Shown one piece after another: positions 18,976 through 33,515 of a stretch of 64,000 nt of DNA. Each line of letters opens with the position of its first letter. Within the stretch, counting starts at the first letter, position 1. The stretch lies in NCBI RefSeq assembly GCF_009914755.1, contig NC_060927.1; one strand, written 5' to 3'. The DNA comes from the human T2T-CHM13v2.0 reference genome, Homo sapiens. The position numbers were made by a program, and so were the translations under genes. The notes under the pieces were generated by a model. That model was not told the DNA's origin, searched no databases, and saw only the letters and a list, made by a program, of their open reading frames with translations.

Positions 18976-20740
18976 GACATGAAAAGGAACAACTTCTACT
19001 AACTACAAGTGAAGAAAAGTAGTGAGTCTATTTTAAAAATTAGAAATAGAATATTCCAATTATATCAGATACAATATATATTATTTATTAATTCCATCTT
19101 AGTGCAAAGGTGGAAAAACATACATATCCAGATGGAATATGAAAGCAAACACATTAGAGTACAGTATGAGATAGACACTTGAGAGTATCAAGCTCTCAAG
19201 AAAATGGTTCAGAGTAATGTGAGCATTCAGAAATGTACTCAAGAGCATGGAAAAAAATACTGAGATACCCAGATAGAAGGGAAGAATAGGGCAAAGCTCT
19301 TATCACATTGGAACACATTTTTGAGAAGCAGCCACCGGCTGAGAATCCCGATTTGATTTTTTAAGTACATGTTCCCTCTCATGGTTAGAGTGCTATAATA
19401 TGAGCTTAAGGAAGTAGTTAAATTATAAAGCCCAAATGGTACTACAACTATATTTCATCTTACAATAAGATTCAGCAATACCTAGATGATACATTGATGA
19501 AAATATAAGTTATTTAACAGTTTGTTTACATAAATTATAGGATAAGTACAGAAAATTAAGCTATGCCACTAGATGATGACTTCCTGAATAGATAGTTCAG
19601 CTTTTTATTGAAAGAGGGATTGATTGGCTAAATTGAAGTTACAGTGACATATATTCCTATTAGTGTTCTGTCATTGCCTTCTGTAAAGGAATATGACTTC
19701 AGGTAAGCTCAAACCTGAGTCTACTGAAGGTATGGCACACCTGGAAAATTGATTTTCAATTTTCTAATGTACCTACAAACCTCTCAGAAGTATGCTGGCT
19801 ATTGGTGAGTGGAAAAGGGCTAGAAGGTATCTACAACTTCACACATAACCAAAAACAGAGAAGTGGTGAAGTGGTGAAAGGAGTTTCTCAAAGCCTGTCT
19901 TCAGTCAAGTGATTTCATTGGCAGCAATGGGCCAGTATGAGAACTTGAAAGCTGCAGATGCTTATCAAGCTCTCCAGAAGTACCGCTGGCTAGCCATTTT
20001 ATTCCGTGTAACAATTTCTAGATTTGTAGATAGGGGTTTTATTAATCACCTATGTTAAATAAAAGTGTGGCGTGTCTTTTGCTGGTGTTTTTTGGTGTCT
20101 CTCCATGGTGACTATCACTCTTATGCAATTGTACATCACCATTGGAGTCAAAATATAAAGTTTTAATAGGTGAGAATAATAAATAATAGTGCTGAGAAGA
20201 AAAATACAGTGAATTTGATTAGCTAAACAGGGACGGCAAAAAAGAGTTACTAAATGACCTAATGTCATGTGATTGGTAATGGCTACCTAGAATTTTACAT
20301 TGAAAACCTTTCTAAGGTAACATCTTGTCTCATAGGAGAAAGGTGTTATGATCAGTTATTGAAGTCTGCCAGGTCACGGTGATGGAAGAATAGAGGGTAA
20401 TAGTAAAAGCAGATATTTGCCATACCTGCTGTTAAGGAAAGCAGTGTCATTCTTATAACAAGTAGAATGCTGGAGACCTCAAGCCTCCTCTTGTGGGGTT
20501 AACTCATAAATACAAAATAGTATATCTTTCATATAGTTTTGAAGTGAAGATAATCCATCCACTGTGGGTTACAGTTGAGTTATCAAAAATCTGTAATTAT
20601 AAAGAAATCAATTGTGAAAGTAAAAATCATGTGATGAGCTGGGGGTGCAGAAAAGACATACTGATACAGAATTCTTAAAGTTGCTGCATAAAATAAAAAT
20701 TTTACAGTATGGCTGTGCTGATGGTAAAGTAAGAGAAACA

Positions 20741-21248
<508 letters not shown>

Positions 21249-21449
21249 TTAAATAAACCCTGGTTCTGGGTAGTGCATGAGAAAATAAAAAGAAAAATTT
21301 CATTAAGAGTTTCTAGTCGCAATCTCACAGTCGTTTAAGTTTGGAATTCATAATGCATGTGGAATATGGAGTAATCTTAGCTGAAAATTTTAAAATGATT
21401 CTGGCCAGACACAGTGTCTGATGTGCTCCTCAAAATGTCCATTCTAAAT

Positions 21450-21592
21450 CAGGAACAGTGGCTCCCGCCTGTAATCCCAGCCACCCAGGAGGGTGAGGTG
21501 GGAGGATTGCTTGAGTCCGGAAGTTCGAGTACGGATTGGGCAACATAGTGAGACCCCCATCTCCGAAAAAAAGAAAACAACAGCAACAAAAA
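21450..21592 (+). mobile_element. FLAM / Alu left monomer
   Basis: Single Alu arm followed by an A-rich tail. Confidence 0.8.
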
Positions 21593-21669
21593 GTGTCTCG
21601 TCTTGTTTTTCATTTAGCAAGGAAATATAATTTTCATTTCCAAATTAGAGATGATTATTCACATTTTTA

Positions 21670-21780
21670 AATCTCTACAACAAACCCCTATGACACAGTT
21701 TACCTATGTAACACACCTGCACTTGTATCCCTGAACTTAAAAAAAAATAAAACAAAAATAAAAATAAAAAATAAAAAAGT
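21670..21780 (+). mobile_element. L1PA13-16-type 3' terminal fragment
   Basis: caacaaacccctatgacacagtttacctatgtaac...ccctgaactt plus A-rich tail. Confidence 0.8.
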
Positions 21781-22019
21781 TTTAATGTGACTATGTATGT
21801 CAAAGTATAATTTTTCTATTCTAATATTTTCCAAAGAGTAGTAGAAGTCATAAATATTGCTGGTGGTGTACCAGTAGTGATTTTGGATGACACATCAATA
21901 ACTTTATAAAGCTAAAAACCTATTTTAATATATTTTAATATGTATTAGAAAACATTATTATTTTAATGTTTTAGTATTATTTTAATATTTTAGTGCATGA
22001 ATATTATTAAAATGATCTA

Positions 22020-22451
<432 letters not shown>

Positions 22452-23069
22452 TTATAGGAAGACTCACCATGGGGCAAGTTGATAAATACCGAAACAAGAC
22501 AGAGAAACATAGTTAACTTCAAAAGCATTAGAGCTCTGTCTAGCTGTTGATCTGTTTACCTATAACTCAGTGGGGCATATATAAGCTCCTGCTTTGGAGT
22601 ATTTTTATCATATAACTGTGCTTGATCTCTGTAGTTTAGAAAACAAAAAATATGCTTAAGGAAACCTAGACCCCTAGGTGCTCAATATTTAGAAATTTAA
22701 TTTTCAAGGTATTTAAGAGCGGAGATTACATAACGGTTTACAGTTTCTAATAAATAAGTTATATATCCCAATGACTCCTTTATGAGAGTCCTGGGGAAAC
22801 ATTTAGGTCAGGATATGACTTTTGGTTGATGGTTTTTAAATTTATAGGCATTTAGATGTTATATCCAACCACATTTTCTTCTTTTCAATTGAGAGCTAGA
22901 AATTTTATATTTATTAAGTAATATTAATTTTTAAAATATTAAATTTTTAACTCCTTTTAGTTTTATTTCATTATTTTCTACCTTTTGCCTAAATCTTTTT
23001 TCTTATTTTTTTAAAGCCTTTCTAGTATATTTTTTAAGCTACCTGAAATGCTTTAGGGATAAAAAATAA

Positions 23070-23290
23070 TATCTAACATGTATTGAGTGCTTACAAGATA
23101 TTCTTCTAAGTATTTTCATATATTTATTAATATAATCCTCTCAATAACCCTGTGGTATGAGCAATATTATTATCAGTGTTTTCCAGGGTTCAGTAACATT
23201 CCCAAGGTCACAAAGCTAAAAAGTGGCAAAGCTAGGACTTGAACCCAAGCCCTATTAAGCTTGAGTCTCGACTCCTACAACCTCTACCCT
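23070..23290 (-). mobile_element. MIR
   Basis: tattgagtgcttac...cccaaggtcaca...ggacttgaacccaag. Confidence 0.75.
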
Positions 23291-23629
23291 ATAAGGTCTC
23301 TGTATCACAGTGTAAAATAATATATATGTAATATCAGGTTGCAATTAAAAATAAAAATAGTGACAATTTGTATCCATTTTTAAAATGTTACATGGTCATC
23401 TATGTAAAATTAGGGAAATATAAAGAAAATACAAATATATATAATATATATTTATAAAATAAATATGTAACATTTATTTACATGAATATAAATATATATA
23501 ATTTTATGCTTACATAAATATAAAATTAGAAATATAAAGAAAAATTGAAGAACTAAGGAAATCCATCATTAATAGGCTTATTTAAGAAAAACCATCTTTC
23601 ACATAATTTTTTCTTTCCAAAAAAGAAAA

Positions 23630-24470
23630 TATTGTGTCTCTACTCATAGAACACTTCTAACACCAAATGTGTGTTTTTTCGACATCAAGCAATTCTCCAA
23701 TTCTCTGTGGACACCAAGTGGGTGTCCTGTAATTTAATTCAATTCTGACACTAACTATCTGAAGTTAGTGAAGACCCCACAGGTTAAGGGCTTACTCCCA
23801 TAAAATTGTGCCCATTTCAGATGCCACCCACAAGTAGCAAGTCTCAGGTTACACACCCTTCTGTCCAACTTGGCTAGAAATGGAGTTACTACAACTACTC
23901 CAACACCCTCTGAAGGTTTGATAATTTGCTATAGCTACTCGGAGAACTCAGGGGCACACTTTATTTACATTTACTAGTTTATTACAAAGATATTTTAAAG
24001 GATACAAATGAACAGACAAATTAAAAGGTCCAGAAGGGTCCTGAGCACAGGAGCTTCTGTTACTGTGAACAAGGTGCACCAGACTCGTGGCACATGGATA
24101 TATTCAGCAACCCAGAAGGTCTCCAAACTCTTGCATTTACGGTTTTGATGGCGGTTCCGTTATGTAACTATGATTGATTAAAACATCAGCCATTGGTGAT
24201 TAACTCAGTCTCTAATCCCTCTTCTTTTGGGGTGTGAGACTGAAGGTTCCAACCCTCCAATCAAGTGATTGGTTCCTCTGGAAGCCAGATTCCATTTTTC
24301 AGGAGTCACCTCATTAGCATAAATATAAATATGATTGAAAGAGGCTTACTGTGAATAACAAAAGATACTCCTCTCACTCCATCCCTTTGGAAATTCCAGA
24401 AATACTAGGAACCTCTATGCCAGGAACCAGAGAGGAAGACCAAATATATATTTCTTATTAAAATATCACA
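23630..24470. mobile_element. MER21-family solo LTR
   Basis: ggacaccaagtgggtgtcct...caattctgacacta...ccccacaggttaaggg...gaccaaatatatatttcttatt...tcaca. Confidence 0.75.
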
Positions 24471-25329
24471 CATCCATTTTTTTCTTTGTAAATTTTAGTA
24501 AATTTTAAGGCAATAAACCCATTCTGTAATAATCTTGGCTTCTAGGAAATTCTTTAAAGCTTTATTTCTTCATGTTGAAATTAAAGACCATTTCATCATG
24601 CTTGACTTCTTTGTGAAGAAAACATTAAACGTCCTTCTATCAATAAGGTACTTTCCCTCACCAATCATCCCATTAGATTTTCTCAGAAAAAGCACTTAGG
24701 AAGGTGTAAAAGAATGAGTATTTCTTCATATCCTTAGAAATGCCATTAGAAAGCCATCTAATTCTTCTCTTCTGAATAAACTACAGGCTTTTCTGCTTCC
24801 TACTTAGACTCTCTTCATCCCCAACCCTTTATCATATTTGTTATTTTCCTTAAGCCCTCTTGAAGTTCATTCTATTTCTCTTGAGTCTAGAACAGTACAT
24901 GCTAATGCATATTATGTCTCGTCACTACTGAGTTTAATTAAAGAATAGCTTTTAAGTGTCTCCATTTTATATATTCTACCCATCAGAATGACTCTTAAAA
25001 ATAATTATGACTGTCATTCAAGTCACAAGCCACTATTATCCTTGGGATACTGTCCACTTTATGGTTTATAGTCAGTCTTTTATATCATCTTATGATTGCA
25101 AAACCTGTAATAACTCCATCCATACCGAACCTCAATCTGTTAGCTTCTGACCACTTACTTCCTCAAGGATATATCAAATTTCAAGATATACAACCCCCTT
25201 TCTACTCACTTTTCTTTCTTGGATTAGTGCAATCAGAAAGCTTGAATGATGAATATTTCTATTTACTATACAATATGGCCTGCAAATAAAAATGTCAGAA
25301 GTTTTAATGCAGAGTGAAGTTTATCTGTG

Positions 25330-28245
25330 GAAACTGGCAGATTAAATGCGTGGATTTCCAAAACATCACTGAAACAACCATGAGGAAATTTTTAAAAAGA
25401 CATAAACCCACAGGTTAAAAATAATAGAAAAGACAGTAAGAACAAAATTTTAGAAGCTGAAAAGCAAACAGATGAGTGTGAATTGACTTAATAGATCTGA
25501 GAAACCTAAATCCTAAGCGGCAGTGGAAAGAGCTAACAAGCAACACGATTTTCACTATAGGTCCCTCCAAAAGTTCAAAAATTGGTACCTTTGGAAGTGA
25601 TTATGACAGTAAGACTAAAACCAGAAAGATAAGTTGAAAGCATGTTTACGGAGTGTCTATATTTATAGATTTACCCCCCTGATATGTGCATTGAGACAAT
25701 CCTTCCAAAGCTATCACGTTCCCTGGAAAGCAAAATTAGTGGGATCAGTATCTGTGTGGGAAAGGAGGAAAGCAGTGCTAAGCAGAAGTCATTGGGTTCT
25801 GATATAGTCACAAAAAAAGCCTCCCTGCCAGGATGACCTTTCAGAATGCTCTTGAGATGAGTGAAGGACCTGGAAATTTGTAAACACTCACACTGAACAA
25901 TCATTGTAGGCAAGCTGACCTTACAAATGGTGCATGATCATGGGCAAGGTGATCCTCTTCAACCAAGGGTGCTCCCAAGAGCTGGGGAAATAGACCCTTG
26001 ATTTTGAGGGTGGATACAGGGGGACCACAGACTATCCAATGCATCACTTTTTTGCAGAAAGGTTGAGTCCTATTCTTTTGTGAAGGTAAAATAGAAAGTC
26101 TCTGGACTGAAGAAAATCAGGCAGTACTAAAAGAGGAGAAAATAAGCAAAAGTTTATATCCCAAATGTTAAGACACCCAGTCCTCTTCCTCAACTTGGCT
26201 CCTATAATTCTAGCAGCCAAGAAGTCTATACCCTTTCAATAAGGCTTTGGAAGAAGATTTTCAAAATAACCTGGACAGCCCATGAGAAAAATTCTCAATA
26301 TACTGACATCAGACCTTGTCCATCCACATCACTCTATAGCAAAGAACAAATACGACGCATTCCACACATGTGCTCAGACTTTCTATTCAGATTTATCTAG
26401 CTTCAGTCTTAAATATGAGCAGATGTGAAAAACTGCCAAGACTTCTACAGGGAGCTTCTTATGGAAAAGGTATAAAATCAAAATAAACAAAGAGAAAAAA
26501 TCACATTAAATAAAAAGAAACTAACAAAAAAATAACAAAGCTAAATATTTAATATCTCTAAATAGATAAGAATAAATACGATATTCATGAAATAAATATA
26601 GGATATAATGAAGTAAAGAAGCACACGAACTATAAAATTTTTAAAAAACTTGTGAAGATTAAAAGATAATGATAGAATTTTTTAACAGTTGAGAGATTAG
26701 AAAATTAAGTTGAGGAATCTTCCAGAAATTAGAGCAAAGTGACAAATATGTGAAAAATAAAAAGAAGTAATTAGAAAATTAGAGGACTATCAAGGACTAT
26801 ATTACCCTAGAATTTTCAGTGATGACGGAGATGTTCTGTGTTTGTGCTGTCCAGTACAGTAACCACTAGCTGCATGTGGCTATTGAGCACTTGAGACGTG
26901 GCTAGTGTTACTAAGAAAGTTAGTTTTAAAAATTTATTTTATATCTATCAATTTAAAGGCAAATGTGAAAAGCCACATGTTGCTAGCCGCCACTGTATTG
27001 GAAAGCATAGATCTAGGGGGCTAAGCAACTAAATTAAAAAGAGTACCAAAAATTAAAAAAAATAGAATGAAACTGATTGGAAAGGAGTAGTCCATTATGC
27101 CAGCTAAGTTCCCAGATCTAAAAACATGAGTTTCCAGACTTAAGCATCATGACACTGTTAACTGCAAACAAAAAGATAATTCGACTTCCAGAAAAAAGGA
27201 AAAAAAAAAAGTGCTATACGAAGGATCAAGAACCAGAATGACATTGGACTTCTCAAGAGGAGTACTGGGAGCTAGAAGACAGTAGAGCAATGTCTTAAAA
27301 ATTCTAAATGAGTATGGCTTCCAACCCAGAATCTATATCCAGCATAATTGCCAATAAAGTCAAAGGTAGAAAAAATAGATTTTCAGACATGAAACGTCTC
27401 TAAAATGTATTTCCCTTTCATGTACCTTGTATTAGGTATCTACTAGAAGATGTGGTGCATCAAAAGGAGGCAATAAGCTAAGAAAATGTAAACATGAGAT
27501 TAAGGAAGTGAAGACAGAATTCAAGACAGTACTATATGGTACTGCTGGAATGATGACCAAGGGTCAGCTCAGGGTGAGAGCTACGAACTAGGTTCATCAG
27601 CCATCCTGCCCAGAGCAGGCAGAGGCTCTGGGAGTTTTCAAGATTAGTTAATATTCCACTTGATGTATCAAAACCTATTGAGAGAAAATTCACACACAAT
27701 TGGAGAAGACTTTGGATTTTTATTAGTAATAATGAAAAACATATTAGAGTAGTGTTAGTAGCAATAAACATATAGAAAACAAAGCAAACTAAAAAAATCC
27801 AGAGAATTGTTAACTCCAAAGAAAACAAAAACTTGTATAGAAAACAAATATTTATCAGACACCAATGGCTCAGTTGTCACAATATTGTAAACACTGAATA
27901 TTGATTTAAGCAAAGTAACAATCTTACCTTGCTGCAAAACGAAGAGATGGAAAGAGGGTATGTGTGGTTAGGGGATGGGATATAAGTGAGCCAAAGTCTC
28001 ATTTGTTATATGGGAAACGAATTGGTAATGCCTTGAAAATCAAAAAATAAAAAATAAAAAAATGGCAACATAGGTATGTTAGTTGTAAGAAAGTGATTAC
28101 TAAAATTAAATGGACAAAACTCTTGAAAAGTTTTGTTTCTGGTGTGAAAGAAATGGGAGGAGAGGATCTGGAAACTTCTGGTTTTCTATGAACTATTGGA
28201 CAAGTTATGCCGCATGCATGTATAACTTTTATTTATCAAAGAAAA
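25330..28245 (+). mobile_element. Ancient HAL1-like (ORF1-only) or L1M element, interrupted by MER3
   Basis: A-rich degraded ORF1-like sequence (gagctagaagacagtagagcaatg...ccaacccagaatctatatccagc), no ORF2 remnant seen, ends gcatgtataactttt plus A-rich tail. Confidence 0.55.
26797..27010. mobile_element. MER3 hAT MITE
   Basis: gtgctgtccagtacagtaaccactagc...catgtggctattgagcacttga...gccacatg...gtattgga. Confidence 0.85.
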
Positions 28246-28984
28246 ATGTTCAGGTCAAATGAATAGCACCAGTCACATTCAGAATTCACCGATTAGGATG
28301 GCTATTATCAAACTTGTCCTAATGTATTAGTGAGTGATAATACATTTCCTAAAATCTTACAAAAAACCTAAACTAAACTAAATACAAATAATATGTCTCC
28401 TTTCTATCAGGTACTTAAATTGATGAGGTAGCCCTTCATCATATTAGGAAAAAACAACCTATTACTCAAAAGGGAAAATAACATTTAAAGTAGACTTCAT
28501 ATAAAGAAAACAAATGAGAGAAGAGGGTCAATGGTCTTGGTAGGACCAGGAGTTCTCTGCAGAGAAAGAGTCGATGTTCAATTCTTACTGCATGCCAGGC
28601 AATATGCTGGTTAGTCTCATCAGTGATCTCTCCCTAAAGCCTGACCTAAGGTCATACAGCTAGCAAGTACCTAAGTTTCCATCTGAAGCTGACTCAAAAG
28701 AGAAAGGAAACAATTCTTTCTAAAGAATGATTAAAATCAGGGCTGGCACAGAGGCAAATTGGTGGAGAGAACATGGGAGCAGGAGCCCCAGAGCCAGAAT
28801 TATTGTTCCATCTTCCTTGCCAATAAAATGAAGCAATATGCAAAATGTGAATATGTGGCTCATTTGATTCCTTTCACCTATCAGGAAATGTGATATCATA
28901 TCAAGGATTAAATAGTATAGATTTATATCCTTTAATTATCAACAAAAGATCCATTTTCTAAGTCTTTTCTGGATACACACAGAC

Positions 28985-30295
28985 ACATAAACCCCAAATA
29001 GCCAAAGCAATCCTGAGCAAAAAAAGAAGAAACCTGGCAGTATTACACTAGCAGACCTCAAAGTATACTAAAAAGCTATAGTAACCACAACAGCATGGTA
29101 CTGGCATAGAAAGAGACACATAGACCAAAAGAACAGAATAGAGAATCCAGAAACGAATCCACATATCTACAGCCAACTGATTTTTGACAAAAGTGCCTAG
29201 AATACTCACTGAGGAGTTCCTTCAATAAAGGATGCTACTCATATAACAGGGGATTAATGTATAGAATATGCTGGAAACTCAAACATCTCAACAGCAAAAC
29301 AAAAGAAAAAAAAAGCAATCCAATTTATAAATGGGCAAATGATTTCAACAGACATTTTTCAAAAGAAAACAAACCAATGGCCAAAAATATATATATGAAA
29401 AATGCTCAGCATCACTAATCATCAGGGAAATGCAAATCAAAACCACAATGAGATATCATTTTACCCCAGTTAGGATGGCTATTATCAAAAAAAGCAAAGC
29501 TGTGGAGAAAAGGGAACTCTTATACACTGTTGAGGGGAATGTAAACTAGTACAGCCACTACAAAGGACAGTACGGAAGTTCTTCAAAAATCTGCAAAAAG
29601 AACTACCTTATAATCCAGCAATCCCACTCCTGGGAATTTATCCAAAGATAAGGAAATCATTATATCAAAGAGACATCTGCACCCCTGTGTTTATTGCCGT
29701 AGTATTCATATGGATTCAGTAGGCAACCTATGGAATCAACTTAGGTGTCTAAAAACAGATGCATGAATGAAGAAAACGTGGTACATATACATAATGGAAT
29801 ACTATTCAGCCATTACAAAGAAAGAAATCCCGTCATTCATGGCAACGTGGTTGGAACTGAAAGACATTATGTTAAGTGAAATAAGCCAGAAATATAAACA
29901 GTATGTGTTCTCACTCATATATGGAAGCTAAAAAAAGTTGATCTGACAAAAGTAAAAAGTAGAACAGAATATACTAGATGTTGGTAAGGGTAGGTGAAAG
30001 GGAGGAACAGGAAGAGATTTGCTAAAGAATACAAAATTTTAACTGGATAGGAGGAATAAGTTCTAGTGTTCTGTACCACTGTAGGGTGACTATAGTTAAC
30101 AATAGTATATTTTGTAGTTTTAAATAGCTAGAAAGACGACATTGAATGTTCCTAACACAGAAAAATGATAAATGTGTAAGATGATGATTATGCTACTCTG
30201 ATCTGATTGCTATATGTTATATGTATTGAAACAGCACTAGGTACTCTATGAATATGTACAATTATTGTCAATTTCAATAAACTAAATTTTAAAGA
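28985..30295 (+). mobile_element. L1MA (about MA4-5) 3' ORF2 and 3'UTR, internal deletion near 29240
   Basis: ORF2 C-terminal motifs (gaaatgcaaatcaaaaccacaatgagatatc); L1MA-type UTR gataggaggaataagttctagtgttct. Confidence 0.85.
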
Positions 30296-30743
30296 ATTGC
30301 TACTTATATATTAGAAGGTCTAGCTGCTAAAGTTTATAAATTTTCTATGACATAAAACAGGGAACAGGGAATTTTTCCCTCATTAAAAAAAAAAAAGGTG
30401 ATGATTAGAATTCATATGGCCTACTATCAGTAGACCTCAAACTAATCTGTGCATAGTACCTTTAAATTGACAGCTTCTACCTAACCTAAGCCCTGAGTAG
30501 TTATATTTCCTGACTGAAGCCTAATCAGTTACCTTGGGAAGAAGGATATTTCAAGGTTTGTCCATTCAAAAAAATAAAACTTTTGATGATTCCCCACAAT
30601 CTTCCATATAATATTTGAGTGAAATCCAGAATGTCACACTAAATTCAATTCCACCCCAGCAGAAGTGTTCAAATACTAAAAGTTACCAAATTTTTTTTTA
30701 AATTCCAACAAGCCCACACATGAAAAGACCCTGTGAATGTTGG

Positions 30744-30745
<2 letters not shown>

Positions 30746-30799
<54 letters not shown>

Positions 30800-30929
30800 C
30801 CTCTCTCCCTCTCTCCCTCTCTCCCTCTCTCCCTCTCTCCCTCTCTCCCTCCCTCTCTCTCTCTCCCTCTCTCTCTCTCCCTTTCTCCCTCTCTCTCTCT
30901 CTCTCCCCTCCTCCTTCTCCCTCTTTCTC
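30746..30929. repeat. (CT)n / (CTCTCTCC)n polypyrimidine tract
   Basis: About 180 bp of pure pyrimidine. Confidence 0.97.
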
Positions 30930-33254
30930 AGAGCAAATTTTATTTTCATTACCATGAAAACTGTGGATTAAATTTAATCTGTTTTTAAGGGAGCAGCAGG
31001 CCACACTGTCTTAATGTAAATTCCAGTGATGCTAACACACACCAATTAGTAAGGAGAACAACAGCTTCAGGCCTGGAAATAACACCAAATCACAACTCTG
31101 TAGTGCTCAAGTGGAATCAGAATGTGACAATAAGATTAAAACTTTATACCAGCCAAGTGCTTATTTTCTGGTATTTTTCTTTTTGTAGATTTAGCATGCT
31201 TGGTTGACTTTTGATTATTATTAACTTAAGTGGTTTTCCTTTTCAATCCACTGGTGTCCTGTTTTCTTTACCAGAGACCCCAACAGCAAGTGCTGCCATT
31301 GTCTAAGAGAGACTGGGGTTTCCCTGTAGCTAAAAGAAGAGAGGGATGTTCCCTCAAAATGCTAGTTAACTTCCATTTTATGCAAGTTACCAAGGGATGG
31401 AGAAGAACTGCCTGAATATCAAACTTGACTCTGGAAAAATTATTTGGAGGTTTTATGGTGTTTCATAAAGTCAGAAAGCACATCTTCATAGGCATACTAT
31501 TTAAAAGGTTAAAATTTAGCTGAAGTGTTATGCATAGATTCATTGTTGCACTCATTCATTCAGCAGTCACCAAACATCTAGACACAGAAAGGTGAAAAAG
31601 GAAAATTGTTACCTTTACATAAACCACTGTCAATTGGAGAGTGATAGTGTCTGATAACTAACATATATTATTCTATATAGTAAGATAGAGCTGCGAAAAA
31701 AGTGTTTCAAGAAAGTGATGATTATTTCTGAGTGGTAATGGAGGAGGATGAGGGAAATGAAGGAAAGAATTTTCAAAGGAATTGATAGTTTCAGAAGGAA
31801 AACATTTAGATAGATACAGCCACAGCAAAACATGAACCAAAAATCCCATTCTTGCAACCATCAGCCATGTCCTTTTTGAAACCACTTAACGTAATAGTTG
31901 AATCAGAAACTATGTGAAAATCTGTCATCCAAATAGAGATGCAACAGGACAATTTGCTTTGGCACAGGGCTCAATTCATTGGTGGGTCAAGTGTCTCACC
32001 TCTCCCATCATCTCTGTGTTTCTTGGGCCTTGCTTGTTGCTAGATAATCAGGTTTTTGGATCTTGTACATGCAGGAAGCTCCTGGGAGGAAAAGAAATAG
32101 GAACTCTGCATCCCAAAAATATTAAAACATTTATGAGGCAGGGCTATGCCTTTGCATTCTTGCTCCTAGCATTGTACCTGAATATAGTAGTTACGTCTAT
32201 TTAAAAGGGGAGAAGAAAACAAAACATGTTTTTGAATGTGTGAATATGTGAACAATCAGCATACTGATTACCATGGTATTTGAGATGGAAGAATTTTCCT
32301 TTTATTTTTTATCCAAGTAAAATTTCAGTGTTGCCTTACATAAGTGACTAATAGAAAACTTTTTCATTGTATTCATTAGATCTTTTTGAAGATTTTTTTA
32401 CTACTTGTTAAAGAATAATGCCTTATTTAATATATAGCAACTTACAAAAATATTTACCCAATGTGGTGCAGAATTCTTACCCTTTAGCAAATGTTGCTGA
32501 ATCCTATCCAGGGACAGATATAACATATCATGAAATGTCAATATATAGGATGTGATTTTCTTTTTGTGTTATTTATGGATTTTCATAACTTGAGAATCAT
32601 AACATTATTGTTTTTATGAAGTCTCTGAGGAAAGACTGTGAGAAAGAAGTTAGCAGATCTGGAGGAGGTGAGAGCTATCAGTAAGGTAAGAGGCTTTTAA
32701 AATGAGAATAATAATCCTTAGATTAACATTCTTGTTGGCAAGATAGCTATTCTTGAGTTCAAAGGGGTGAGTTGTTACAATCTATTTCTTAACAGAGTAA
32801 TTTTATGAATATATCGTAAAATCGTATAATGGTGCCTACAAAGCTATTTTTAGTGAATGAATTAAATAAAACAGGAGATTATAACTATTCATAATAAAAG
32901 ATGATAAACATAAGGTGAAAAAATACAATTTCTAATAATACTTCAGGATCACAGCCTGGGAGAATTATCCATGCACAGTATTTTTGAAAAAAGGATAGCA
33001 CTTGTAACCCTGTTACATTTTTCCTCTTCACTCCATCAGATTGATTGCTCTACTGTGACTTTTGCTCTTTCATACTGCTACACTTCAGCATAGAGTGTTC
33101 CTAGCAACCAGAAGGTCACCTCCTTTCCCGTCTGCTTATCACAGTTACCCATTCTTCACCATTTAGTGCAGGTCCACAGATTGCCCTACCCAAACTCCCT
33201 TTATAAGTTCTTTCTCTGATTTTTTACAGTCCTTATATTTGCCTCTCATGTCTA

Positions 33255-33515
33255 ATAATAATAATAATAATGACAACTAACATTGATTGAGTAGTTACCA
33301 TGAGTCAGGCACTATTCTAAGTACTTTATGGTTTTTACCACATTTAATTGTCACAAAATACCTTGAAATAGGTATTCTTATTAACACCATTTTTAAAGAT
33401 GAATAAACTGAAACCAAAAGAGGTTAAGTAATTTGCCCTAGTGGCTAGCAAGTGTTGGAGTGACAACTTGAACCTGTACAGCCCGGTTGCAGAGCTATTA
33501 ACTACTATAGCCATT
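33255..33515 (-). mobile_element. MIR
   Basis: ccatttttaaagatgaataaactgaaaccaaaagaggttaagtaatttgccc. Confidence 0.75.

Noticed and set aside
28290-28312. ttaggatggctattatcaaa repeated near 29470
   Set aside because: Common L1 ORF2 3' motif, most likely an independent small L1 remnant.
30669-31004. RE-rich and SL-rich ORFs
   Set aside because: Translation of the (CT)n tract.
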